Assembly: GCA_963977015.1 (NCBI GenBank)
Contig: CAXBMO010000009.1
Location: 160,001-224,000 of the forward strand
DNA: 64,000 nt
Source: an uncultured bacterium
GTDB taxonomy: Bacteria > Verrucomicrobiota > Verrucomicrobiia > Verrucomicrobiales > DEV007
Direction of reading: 5' to 3'
The notes beneath the pieces are model-generated. The model was not told the origin of the DNA. It did no database searches and worked only from the letters and a program-made list of their open reading frames with translations. Shown one piece after another: positions 30,570 to 39,808 of the stretch (positions are counted from its first letter, which is position 1; every line of letters begins with the position of its first letter). The translations under genes and the position numbers were made by a program.

Positions 30570-31850
30570 ATGAGTTGGTTAGGCACAGATTATAGTCACA
30601 TTGGCACAAGGGACGAACAACAGGACGCCCTCGTTGTTCTCAGCAATGAAACCAAGGACCAAGTCTTTGCCGTGCTGGCCGATGGCGCAGGCGGTCACAG
30701 TGGGGGGAGATTGGCATCGGAAGCGATCGTCGCCGTCGCGACCAAACGGTGGGAAACCGCCGCTGGAGAAATACCCGACCCCGAAACGTTTTTACTCGAC
30801 TTTTTTGCCCACGCCCAAGCCCGAATTACGGCGACCGGAAAAAAGGCAGGCATCGAACCGCGGGCAACCGTCGTGGCAGTCTATGCCAACGGGAAAAGAG
30901 CAGTTTGGGGGCACTCGGGAGATTCTCGACTCTACCTGTTTCGGAAAGGTCAATTGGTCAAGCGAACCAAAGATCATTCCGTGGTGCAGATCCTCGTCGA
31001 TCAGGGAAAGGTTCGTGAAGAGGAAATGGGAACTCACCCCGACCAAGGTCGACTGCTTCAGTCGCTGGGAGGTTCCGACTATCAAGTACCAGATATTGGG
31101 AGCGCAAATATTCAGGGTGATGAAGTGATTGTTCTCTGTTCTGACGGCTTCTGGGAACACCTGCCAAAAGAAGCCATTGCCCAACTCTCCGTTCCCGGAA
31201 AATTAAAGCCTCCCAAACTGATTAAGAAGCTCGCTCACGCGGCCGTCAGTCGAGCCGGCCAGAAAGCCGACAATACAAGTGCGCTGGCGATCTACAACAT
31301 TGCCGCCAATCGGCCGGCCTTTTTCATGGGAGGAATCCATTGGGCTGCAGTTGCCTTGTTCTGCCTGTTGGCGGGAATGGTGACCTATCTTGTAATGTAT
31401 CTGATCAAGCCTGACAGCTCTCCAGGCAACCAACCTCCCGATGCTCCAGTCCAAAACGTTGCATCCCAAGTGGTTTCCGGCGGCCCCAAAACTTCTCCAG
31501 CTGATCAAGCCCCCATTCCGAACGAAAGCGAAGATATCCGCGAGGCTGGTGAAAATCCCCTTCCAAAGGCACTGGATCCAACAACAGGAAAGCCAAAAGT
31601 AAGGATTATCCCCAATATTATCCAGCCGGCTCCAGATGCCCCCACAGCTATCGTGGAGCCTGCCTCCCCAGTTGAAGAGGTGCCTGTCGAACCCACGCCC
31701 CCGCCCACCTCTCCTACAGATCAGCCAACGACGCCAGAGAACACCGGCGAGGTTCCTCCCATGTCGCCGGACTCACCACCGGCAGACGAGGAAAAGGGCA
31801 TTATTCGCAAAGGATTCGAAAAGTTAAATCCGATTAAGAGAGACAAATGA
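30570..31850 (+). CDS. PP2C/PPM phosphatase with TM and Pro-rich extracytoplasmic tail
   Basis: [54 protein letters not shown]. Confidence 0.9.
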   Translation: MSWLGTDYSHIGTRDEQQDALVVLSNETKDQVFAVLADGAGGHSGGRLASEAIVAVATKRWETAAGEIPDPETFLLDFFAHAQARITATGKKAGIEPRATVVAVYANGKRAVWGHSGDSRLYLFRKGQLVKRTKDHSVVQILVDQGKVREEEMGTHPDQGRLLQSLGGSDYQVPDIGSANIQGDEVIVLCSDGFWEHLPKEAIAQLSVPGKLKPPKLIKKLAHAAVSRAGQKADNTSALAIYNIAANRPAFFMGGIHWAAVALFCLLAGMVTYLVMYLIKPDSSPGNQPPDAPVQNVASQVVSGGPKTSPADQAPIPNESEDIREAGENPLPKALDPTTGKPKVRIIPNIIQPAPDAPTAIVEPASPVEEVPVEPTPPPTSPTDQPTTPENTGEVPPMSPDSPPADEEKGIIRKGFEKLNPIKRDK

Positions 31851-33271
31851 AGCGCCTTCACCTACTCATCGCCCTGCTACTGGCCGCTCTTCAATCCAGT
31901 TCACTGGGATGGGATGCGAAAACTGCCGAAGACGTCGTGGTGCGAGTCGCGATTTTCACGAGTAGCGGAAAATATTCCGGTCACGGATCAGGCTTCGTCG
32001 TCAGTCGGGACGGACATGTCGTCACCAACAATCATGTGGTTCGAGGTGCCGGAACTCTATTGGTCATTCGCAAGGAATCGCCCCAGGAAATGGGGGTCTA
32101 CAAAGCTGAGGTGCTGTTCAACGACTCAGGTCTCGACATGGCCATCATCAAGGCGAAGGGAATGAAAGGAGGACCCATTTCAACCCTGGCAACGGAAGTC
32201 CCGCCCAAGGGGGATCGAGTTTATGCCGCAGGGTTTCCCGGACAGAATGATGATATTAAGGATTTGATCGCGCTGCTCAACAAGATCATGAGCGCCGATG
32301 AGTTTCCCATACACCGTAAAATCGATAGCACGACGGAAGATGCGCTCGACGTGTCCATTAAGCCGGGATTCATCGAACAAGTATCAACCAGTTCCTGGCT
32401 CAGGGCATCGACCGGAAGTGGCGGCGGAGTCGAATTGGAAATCATCAAGCACAGTGCCTCGATCGTTCACGGGAATAGCGGTGGCCCCCTTTTTGATGAG
32501 AAAACCCGGGTCATTGGCATCAACACCGCGGGAAACGCCGACGAAAAAACCTACAACAATCTCCGGCTCTCTGGAAGAATCACGGAACTCATTGATGCCC
32601 GTGCATTCAAGGATCACGACATTCACCCAATCATCAGCGGCAACACCGTCACCGCATTGAGTTTGGCTGACCCCAAAATTCTACTCCTCATTGTGCTGGT
32701 TATGGCCCTGTGTGGCATGGGCACGCTGCTTGTCGTCCATAAACAGCGTGCGGCAGCCGGCGCCAGAGGGCCCGTCCTGGTTCGAGGTGATGGCCGAACT
32801 CCCCATGCGCCCAGCCAGAACGATCAAGCCCTCACCTTGGGAACTGGGGGAGAAGTGTTGGGCCGGAGGTCTCCTGACACCAAAATCGCCGGATCAGGCG
32901 GCAATCGCCGGGGCATGCCGCCCGCGCAAAGCAATGGGCGCAACCGCTGGGTCCTGGAAGGAAATGGCCCCGACGGGAGGCACCACCGCCTTGAATTGGA
33001 TAATCGGAGATTGTCCCAATCCACCAGCGGATTAAAAATTGGTCGCAAACGCGAATCCGCAGACATTGAGCTCGACGACAGTAGCGTCTCGAGACCTCAC
33101 GCTCGAGTTTTCCTGCGCAAAACCAGCCTTTATCTGGAAGATTTGGGATCGTCAAACGGTAGCTTTGTCAATGGTGAGCGCCTTGGTGGTAAAATCCAGG
33201 CAATCAAGCTGAAAGAGAATTCTGAAGTCAAACTTGGAGAAGTCAGGTTGAGGTTTCTGCCTTTACGATAA
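31847..33271 (+). CDS. Trypsin-like serine protease-TM-FHA protein T2
   Basis: Signal peptide. Triad in TNNH, LDMAII and [31 protein letters not shown] motifs IGR..VSRPH..SSNGS. ATGA overlap with the PP2C gene. Confidence 0.9.
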   Translation: MKRLHLLIALLLAALQSSSLGWDAKTAEDVVVRVAIFTSSGKYSGHGSGFVVSRDGHVVTNNHVVRGAGTLLVIRKESPQEMGVYKAEVLFNDSGLDMAIIKAKGMKGGPISTLATEVPPKGDRVYAAGFPGQNDDIKDLIALLNKIMSADEFPIHRKIDSTTEDALDVSIKPGFIEQVSTSSWLRASTGSGGGVELEIIKHSASIVHGNSGGPLFDEKTRVIGINTAGNADEKTYNNLRLSGRITELIDARAFKDHDIHPIISGNTVTALSLADPKILLLIVLVMALCGMGTLLVVHKQRAAAGARGPVLVRGDGRTPHAPSQNDQALTLGTGGEVLGRRSPDTKIAGSGGNRRGMPPAQSNGRNRWVLEGNGPDGRHHRLELDNRRLSQSTSGLKIGRKRESADIELDDSSVSRPHARVFLRKTSLYLEDLGSSNGSFVNGERLGGKIQAIKLKENSEVKLGEVRLRFLPLR

Positions 33272-33279
33272 TTTGTCTG

Positions 33280-34542
33280 ATGGGAGCCGACCTTTCATTG
33301 CCCCTCAAATCCCAAATTGGAGCCTACAGTGTTCAACGTGTTTTGGGGCAGGGAGGTTACGCCATTACCTACGCCGCAAGGGCGAAAAATGGAGAACTTG
33401 TTGCGATCAAGGAATTGTTTCCTGAGCAGTTCTCACGACGTAGCCCGGACAACTGGGTTTCGCCTAAACCCGGCGATCAGGAAGATTTTGAATATATTAA
33501 AGAACGCTTTGTTCGAGAGGCGAGAATGGTTTGCGGGTTCAATCACCCCAATCTGCTCAAAGGGCTGGATTGGTTCGAACAGAATGGGACTGCCTACATC
33601 GTTATGCGATATGAATCAGGCCTCCCTCTCCATCAGCATCTTCGCAATAAATCGAGCAACTTTAAGGTTACTCCCGGAAGCATCGCCAGGCTCTTTCAGG
33701 GTCTGCTCGTCGCGTTAAAAGTCGCCCACGACCAGCATTGCGTCCACTGCGACATCAAACCAGGAAACATCTATCTTGGCGAAAATTTTCTCCCGGTGTT
33801 GTTGGATTTTGGTGCAGCCCGCCACGCCGTCAACGAACGGCTTTATCAAGCCCACGAATCACTGGTCCCATTCACGGAATACTACGCCCCAATTGAACAG
33901 TATCCGGAGCATTCCGGGGAGATTGGCCCCTGGACCGATATCTATCAGCTTGCGGCCGTGATCTATCGCTGTCTGACTGGCGGCAAAATCCCGTCAGCCA
34001 TCGATCGGGTCGTGAAAGGAGCACCGGATCCCTATTACCCGCTGAGCCAACTCGTCATCAAAGGAAAGGGCTATCCAGTAGAGTTTCTCGAAGCGGTTGA
34101 TTGGGCGCTCGCGATCCAACCTCGAGACCGCCCTCAATCGATTTCGGAATGGCGCCGACGTTTGGATCGCCCGATGAAGCGAATGGCGCGGGAAGCCAAG
34201 AAGACTGTGCGAATTGATGCGCGCGATCGCCCCATTGTCGAAACGGTTGAAAATACTGAACTGCCACCAGAAACGCTCGAAACCCTGACCGTTGTCTCCA
34301 AAGGCGCCAAGTCAGGGTATGAACGCCGGAAAACCCAAAACGTTCCCGACGACTATGATATAGACCAAAGTCTTGGCAAAAGATCCTCCGACGGGCGAAC
34401 GCCAGTCGCCTTTCGAGTCATTATATGGTGCTTGGTACTCGCCATCGTGGTCCTCATTTTCCTGATGGTGGCAGAAAATTTCGGCTGGAACCTGCGTTTT
34501 CTGGCTGACTATTGGGATGAAATCCGCGACTCGGCCAACTGA
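33280..34542 (+). CDS. Ser/Thr kinase K3 (non-RD, HCD) with C-terminal TM and essentially no ectodomain
   Basis: GQGGYAITY, VAIKE, HCDIKPGN, DFG, YAPIEQ. TM VIIWCLVLAIVVLIFLMVA. Confidence 0.9.
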   Translation: MGADLSLPLKSQIGAYSVQRVLGQGGYAITYAARAKNGELVAIKELFPEQFSRRSPDNWVSPKPGDQEDFEYIKERFVREARMVCGFNHPNLLKGLDWFEQNGTAYIVMRYESGLPLHQHLRNKSSNFKVTPGSIARLFQGLLVALKVAHDQHCVHCDIKPGNIYLGENFLPVLLDFGAARHAVNERLYQAHESLVPFTEYYAPIEQYPEHSGEIGPWTDIYQLAAVIYRCLTGGKIPSAIDRVVKGAPDPYYPLSQLVIKGKGYPVEFLEAVDWALAIQPRDRPQSISEWRRRLDRPMKRMAREAKKTVRIDARDRPIVETVENTELPPETLETLTVVSKGAKSGYERRKTQNVPDDYDIDQSLGKRSSDGRTPVAFRVIIWCLVLAIVVLIFLMVAENFGWNLRFLADYWDEIRDSAN

Positions 34543-34563
34543 TAAACCTCTCAATACCGTAGA

Positions 34564-36978
34564 CTAACTGGGTCGCAAATTTGGGATACGGATCCCATTG
34601 CGAAGAAAACCCAACTCCGTCAACTTCATCTTGCGTAGACGAAAGTAGGTCGCAAACAGCGCTCCGCCAAAATAGGGAAAAAAGAGAAAAAGGCTGAGAG
34701 CAATTCGGCTTTTTCGATAGTTATCAACACTTCCATCAACGTCGTCGATTTTCTCTTCAGAAAAATTGCCGAGCGGAGCCTTTGCATCCGGATCCCGGCT
34801 TGTTGGCGGGCCAATATATCCCTCGTAATTGAGCGCCTCCAAGTGAGAAATCGCTTCAAAAGCCCAACGTGACGGCATCACTTCCATAATCGATTTCGTC
34901 ATCACACCGGCTCGATCGTATTGCGCCAACAACCCTCCAAAAAAGATAAACGGAATCAGAATAATCGGAATAAGGACAATGGCCGTTACTTCCGTCTTCG
35001 ACCACGCACTTACCAACAGTCCCAACCCGACTCCGATCATTGAGGCAAGCCAACACACTGCAAGTCCTGCAACAGGATTGATCGTCAGATCCAGAAAATG
35101 AACGGTGAGAAACACCAAAATTGCACACTGCACCAACCCAATCACGCCCAGGACGGAAATTTTCGACATCAAATACGCCAACGGTGATTGCCCAAAGCGA
35201 GCCTCCCGATTGAAGATATTTACCTCGCCGACCAACTCTCGCGCTGAATTGTTGGTACCAAACCAGATTGCGACAAAGGTCAGAAGAAAAAGTGGAGGAT
35301 TGACTGCTTTGTCACGAAAGGCCAATGCCAGAAAAATCGCCACCAAGGGAGCCTGAATCAGAAGTATGAGGAGAGATGACCGGTCGCGCAGTTTGCATTG
35401 AACGTAGCGTTTGGTCAGTTGGAAATATTGCGTAACTGCGGAGGCTCGTTCCGACGGAGCCCGGTTCTTGGGCTTATCTTGCGGAGTTCGGCTGAGAAGA
35501 GCAAACCGTTGTCCCACGTTTTTCTCATAGTGAGATGAACCACGGTAACGGTGAGCCATGTCCTCCTCAGGAAGATCATCAATATTTTCCATGATCCCAT
35601 CAGGACCGGCTGCATCATGGTGTTGATTCGGCACAAAATATTGGATCGAATCTGGGTAGGCGGTTCCGAAATAGCAAAGGTGCCCAGCTTTGAGATAGAT
35701 CGTCTTATCCAGAAGCTTGTAAACTCGAGTCGAAGGCTGATGAATGGTGATAATGATGGCGATACCTTTGGAATCGGCAAGCTTCCGAAGAATTTCCATC
35801 ACCACCCTGGTGTCTTTCGAGGAAAGGCCGGAGGTTGGCTCATCAAGAAACAAAACCCGCGGGTCGGTCAGCAACTCGATCGCGAGATTTACCCGCTTCT
35901 TTTGGCCACCGGAGAGCGTTTTCTTTTCGGGCGAGCCGACCAATTCATCCCTTAGGTCCAGTTTACCATTCGGATCCCACAATCCCAGATCCTCGCACAA
36001 TTGATCTATCTTCTCGTGAATTGCCTCACTCGAAGTCGAAGCTGGCAACCGAAGCTTGGCATTGTAAAAAAGCACCTCCCGGACGGTCAGCTCCGCATGC
36101 ATAATATCGTCCTGAGGTACATACCCAATTTGGGACTCAAACCTTCGACGGTTGCTCAGCATGTCGATACCATTGTAGAGCACATCACCCGTGAATCCCG
36201 GCACGCTTCCACTCAGCGCATTCAAGAGTGTCGTCTTTCCACAACCCGATGGCCCAAGAAGGCCAACAAACTCACCAGGAAAAACACAAAGGTCGATACC
36301 TTGAAGAATCTTTTTCGGCTGACCAGTCCTTCGATCAGTAACTTCAAAAGTCAGCTGATCAACCTGGACGTAGATCCCCTCCCTCTCGGTCCCCACGACA
36401 ATATTTTCGGGGTTCGCCGGATCAAAATTCAACGAAATGGATACCCCACCCAACTCCAACAGGTCACTGGGGTTGATCTGGATCTTGCCGTCCGCGTAGG
36501 CCACCCCATTAATATATACAGGTGCACCTTTGGGACGAATATAGCGGACGCCTCCGCGAGTAATATTGAGCTCCGCATGATTTGGGTGGACGCTCAAATA
36601 CGGAAGTATCACCTCGTTGTTCCTCCCTGAACCAAACCGGATTTTTGCGGCATTGAACTTCTGGACGGATCCTCCCGCCCCGGATGTCAACGCCTGTCCT
36701 CCCGAATGCTCCCATTCCTCAAATCGCTTTAACAGCAAATTGCCAGGCAGACGGTAATTCTCGGAAAAATAGAAGATGTCGTCCGGGCGAACCTCCACCA
36801 ATCCATCTCGCACCTCAGAATTGAGCGAATTGAGGAACGTCCCATTGGAGCTGCCCGCATCTTCAAGATAAACCATGCCATCCCGACGGCGCATCCGTGC
36901 ATGAGTCGAGGAAACGTAGGCGTTGTTCAGCACCATATCGTTATTCGAACTTCGCCCCAGTTGAAACATCTCTGCCAT
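34564..36978 (-). CDS. FHA-FHA-ABC ATPase-ABC2 permease fusion (Rv1747-like exporter)
   Basis: FHA1 LGR..VSSTH..SSNGT and a degenerate FHA2. GPSGCGKT, LSGGQ, LFLDEPT, TIHQP, multiple C-terminal TMs. Confidence 0.92.
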   Translation of the reverse strand: MAEMFQLGRSSNNDMVLNNAYVSSTHARMRRRDGMVYLEDAGSSNGTFLNSLNSEVRDGLVEVRPDDIFYFSENYRLPGNLLLKRFEEWEHSGGQALTSGAGGSVQKFNAAKIRFGSGRNNEVILPYLSVHPNHAELNITRGGVRYIRPKGAPVYINGVAYADGKIQINPSDLLELGGVSISLNFDPANPENIVVGTEREGIYVQVDQLTFEVTDRRTGQPKKILQGIDLCVFPGEFVGLLGPSGCGKTTLLNALSGSVPGFTGDVLYNGIDMLSNRRRFESQIGYVPQDDIMHAELTVREVLFYNAKLRLPASTSSEAIHEKIDQLCEDLGLWDPNGKLDLRDELVGSPEKKTLSGGQKKRVNLAIELLTDPRVLFLDEPTSGLSSKDTRVVMEILRKLADSKGIAIIITIHQPSTRVYKLLDKTIYLKAGHLCYFGTAYPDSIQYFVPNQHHDAAGPDGIMENIDDLPEEDMAHRYRGSSHYEKNVGQRFALLSRTPQDKPKNRAPSERASAVTQYFQLTKRYVQCKLRDRSSLLILLIQAPLVAIFLALAFRDKAVNPPLFLLTFVAIWFGTNNSARELVGEVNIFNREARFGQSPLAYLMSKISVLGVIGLVQCAILVFLTVHFLDLTINPVAGLAVCWLASMIGVGLGLLVSAWSKTEVTAIVLIPIILIPFIFFGGLLAQYDRAGVMTKSIMEVMPSRWAFEAISHLEALNYEGYIGPPTSRDPDAKAPLGNFSEEKIDDVDGSVDNYRKSRIALSLFLFFPYFGGALFATYFRLRKMKLTELGFLRNGIRIPNLRPS

Positions 36979-37053
36979 TTTTCTAGTGTCTCAAAATTGA
37001 ACTCAGCTTAGGTTGCGGGGCACCTTTGGCCCTGCTTTTTGGGTTGCCGAAAA

Positions 37054-37833
37054 TCATACAACCCGAAAGACAACGACGGTTATATTGTCCTGCCGGTCTT
37101 TCCGGCGCGATTCCACTGTCTGGATCAGTTGCTTACAGACAACGGATGCATCCGATGCTTCATGAATCTCAATCGTTGCCCGCAGTTTCTCCAAAGGAAG
37201 CGTATCCAAGCCATCGGTAGCCACAATGATCATGTCACCTTTCTCCACTTCTACCGGAGGTTTGCCCTGATCAAGAGCGCCTTCCGTCAACGGCTCACCA
37301 ATGATCGCTGATCGGAGGACATTTCGATCCGGGTGATTCTCAGCATCCTCAGCCGTCATTTCACCCCGCTCAACCTGGGCTGCCAAAATTGGCGCCATCG
37401 AATGGTCATCGTTGAGCCTTTTGAATTGCTTGGAAGCTCTGCTGAAATGATAGAGGGTGGAATCTCCGATGCTCGTCCAACGCAGCATGTTGTCCCTCAA
37501 GAATGCCGCAACCAGCGTGGTGCCCATGCCCGAGTAGGTTTGGGGCTCTTCTTCGCACAACTTGCGAATCGCCTCGTTGGCACCTCGCAAGCCCTTTGAT
37601 AGTCTCACCGTATCGACGTCGAGCGACTCAGAAAATTCGCGAAGGAAATTTTCCGTTGCCACTCGACTTGCAATATCTCCGGCCGCATGTCCGCCCATCC
37701 CATCCGCGACGACGACGAGTAGGTCTCCGCCCCGAACTCCGAGCGCATCTTCAATTGCAACCTGATAGTAGTCTTCCTGATAGGGACGATCACCTTGAGA
37801 TTGCCTTCCAGCAATATCCCGTTCAGGCTCCAT
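37054..37833 (-). CDS. Soluble PP2C/PPM phosphatase
   Basis: GDRPYQED, ADGMGGH, GMGTT, IGDS, DHS, ATDGL, QDNIT. Confidence 0.93.
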   Translation of the reverse strand: MEPERDIAGRQSQGDRPYQEDYYQVAIEDALGVRGGDLLVVVADGMGGHAAGDIASRVATENFLREFSESLDVDTVRLSKGLRGANEAIRKLCEEEPQTYSGMGTTLVAAFLRDNMLRWTSIGDSTLYHFSRASKQFKRLNDDHSMAPILAAQVERGEMTAEDAENHPDRNVLRSAIIGEPLTEGALDQGKPPVEVEKGDMIIVATDGLDTLPLEKLRATIEIHEASDASVVCKQLIQTVESRRKDRQDNITVVVFRVV

Positions 37834-38519
37834 TAGACGAGGGTATTGTCACTCCAGTCAAATTGTTCGCCACACAGAGGAACAAACTTGAGGGTGGTCC
37901 CTCCAATTCGAATCAATTCTCCGCCAGCAAGCTCAACAGGAGTCAAAACCGGGCTTTGCTCGGCGCCCAGGTAGGTGAGGTTGCTGCCTTGGGTGTTCGG
38001 TTGAACGAAATATTTTCGACTGCGCGGATCATAGGTAATAATCGCGTGGGCACTTCGCGAAACTTCCTGATCACCAAACGGCAACGGAACGCGGTTGTCA
38101 GGATTACGACCGATTTGATTCATGCCATAACCCAAAGTCAAGGCGCTGCCACGGCCTGGTCCCGCAACAATGACAACCCAGCCAACAACCGGGTCTTCGA
38201 TTTCACCGGGAGCTTGGGGATTGCCCTGTGCAACGCCGCCTGCAGGAGCAATTCCTGGTGCGGGCTCGATACCACCTGCCGCCACAGGCCTAACCAAACG
38301 CGTCTTGTCGCTGTCAGCTCCAGAATTCGATCCCGGCCCACCCTGCGAAGCAGGCTGATTGATCACTGAGGTGTTGTCATCCTGGATGCCTGAGCGCTCA
38401 ACAATTCGGGTTGCTTCCGGATCATCGCTACTGGTTCTCCTGATCTCCTGGCTCTGTTCTTGATAGTCCGCATCGCTTGGGCGTCTACGAATAATTCGAG
38501 TCGTGTCATCGTTGCTCAT
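37833..38519 (-). CDS. FHA protein with disordered N-terminal tail bearing repeated Thr motifs (GarA/OdhI-like architecture)
   Basis: FHA motifs IGR..VSRSAH..GSN. Tail motifs DDTTRII, EATRIV, DNTSVI, DKTRLV. TAATG overlap with the PP2C gene. Confidence 0.88.
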   Translation of the reverse strand: MSNDDTTRIIRRRPSDADYQEQSQEIRRTSSDDPEATRIVERSGIQDDNTSVINQPASQGGPGSNSGADSDKTRLVRPVAAGGIEPAPGIAPAGGVAQGNPQAPGEIEDPVVGWVVIVAGPGRGSALTLGYGMNQIGRNPDNRVPLPFGDQEVSRSAHAIITYDPRSRKYFVQPNTQGSNLTYLGAEQSPVLTPVELAGGELIRIGGTTLKFVPLCGEQFDWSDNTLV

Positions 38520-38544
38520 TACTTAGTATAGGTTGAGTTCCGCC

Positions 38545-39375
38545 CTAGCGGGCTTTTTTTTCAAGAAGTCGGTTAATCAAATTATCAAACGTGTATTGGC
38601 CGGCACGGTTGAGCGAACGCTCCTCTCCGCCTTGCACGAAGTTCATCACCAACATCAGGACTCCGCTCATGACCAGGGCAACCAAGGTGGTATAAAAAGC
38701 AACGCCCAATCGCGCCGTGGTCGGTCCCAGAAGATTATCCGGATCGATCCCGTCTCTGCCCGCAAAAGCCAACGCATCTGCAATCCCAATCACAGTTCCA
38801 ATAAATCCCATGGTGGGGATTACCCAAACCACGTAACGAATGAGGTTATAGCGCAAATCCAGTTCGTGAAGGCAGAGTTCCAGGTTGGAATTCAGCAAGT
38901 TGTTGGCTTGATCAACGGAATCCGATTTCCGGAATTGGATGATGGTTCTCCGAATCAATTTGGGGAGAAAATAGCTTTGATTCGCTTTGTTGACCCGTTT
39001 GTAGATTGGAGTGAGGTCCTCGTGAGTGAGAATCGTTTGTTCGTCTTCCGGCAAAAATTCCAGACTCAGTTGATGCTTTTCTTTCGAAGCGGCCCGATGC
39101 CGCAACCACAATTCACCAAGCCCCAAACAAAGGGCAATCCACATGAAGGCCTGAACTGAAAAATATCCGTATTCCTCTTTTCCATCCTCAACGCGGCGGT
39201 TGATGAGGATCTGGGAAAAATCCACCTTCGTGTATTCACCGCTCGCATCCTCGCCTTTTATCTGAATCGGAGGAATCATATTCAAGGTTACGATGATCGC
39301 CACCCCGACCAAGAAGGCAATGAGCCCCACAACCAAGCGCTGCGCATCAAAAACGCTGTCTGACTGATCATTCAT
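38545..39375 (-). CDS. MotA/TolQ/ExbB proton channel family protein
   Basis: IPTMGFIGTVIGI and LGVAFYTTLVAL helices plus two N-terminal TMs. Confidence 0.88.
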   Translation of the reverse strand: MNDQSDSVFDAQRLVVGLIAFLVGVAIIVTLNMIPPIQIKGEDASGEYTKVDFSQILINRRVEDGKEEYGYFSVQAFMWIALCLGLGELWLRHRAASKEKHQLSLEFLPEDEQTILTHEDLTPIYKRVNKANQSYFLPKLIRRTIIQFRKSDSVDQANNLLNSNLELCLHELDLRYNLIRYVVWVIPTMGFIGTVIGIADALAFAGRDGIDPDNLLGPTTARLGVAFYTTLVALVMSGVLMLVMNFVQGGEERSLNRAGQYTFDNLINRLLEKKAR

Positions 39376-39791
39376 CGCCGAATAATTTCTCCCGTTTCTG
39401 GATCCAGGTATGCACCACCACCCTGCCGTGGAGCAGGTGAAGGCTGGGCCGGAGGTTCCGGTTCAGGCGGTGCGGCAGGCGGATCTTCCGGTGAGTGCAA
39501 CGGAGGAGCAATCAGGTCAAGCAGATCCCCCACAGACGTCTGGTACTGCTGCCCGAGGCGCAACGGAGTATCTCGCCTGACATTCCCCTGATTGATTGGC
39601 ACCCAATCCCCATTCTCCCAAATTTCCGTTCCGTTCTGGCCACTGATGTCCACGACCAGAAAATCTCTTCCCCCTGTATCCGTAATCTCCAAATGCTGTC
39701 GACTCACAGCATCCTGATCCTCCGGCACGCTAATGTCGCAGGGTTTCGTATGGTTCTTTCGACCAACAATGTAGACCTTACGGTTTGCCAT
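39372..39791 (-). CDS. Small FHA protein with Pro-rich tail
   Basis: VGR..VSRQH..QNGT. Tail ends YLDPETGEIIRR. ATGA overlap with the MotA-like gene. Confidence 0.82.
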   Translation of the reverse strand: MANRKVYIVGRKNHTKPCDISVPEDQDAVSRQHLEITDTGGRDFLVVDISGQNGTEIWENGDWVPINQGNVRRDTPLRLGQQYQTSVGDLLDLIAPPLHSPEDPPAAPPEPEPPAQPSPAPRQGGGAYLDPETGEIIRR

Positions 39792-39808
39792 ACTTCCTCA
39801 TTCTTTTA

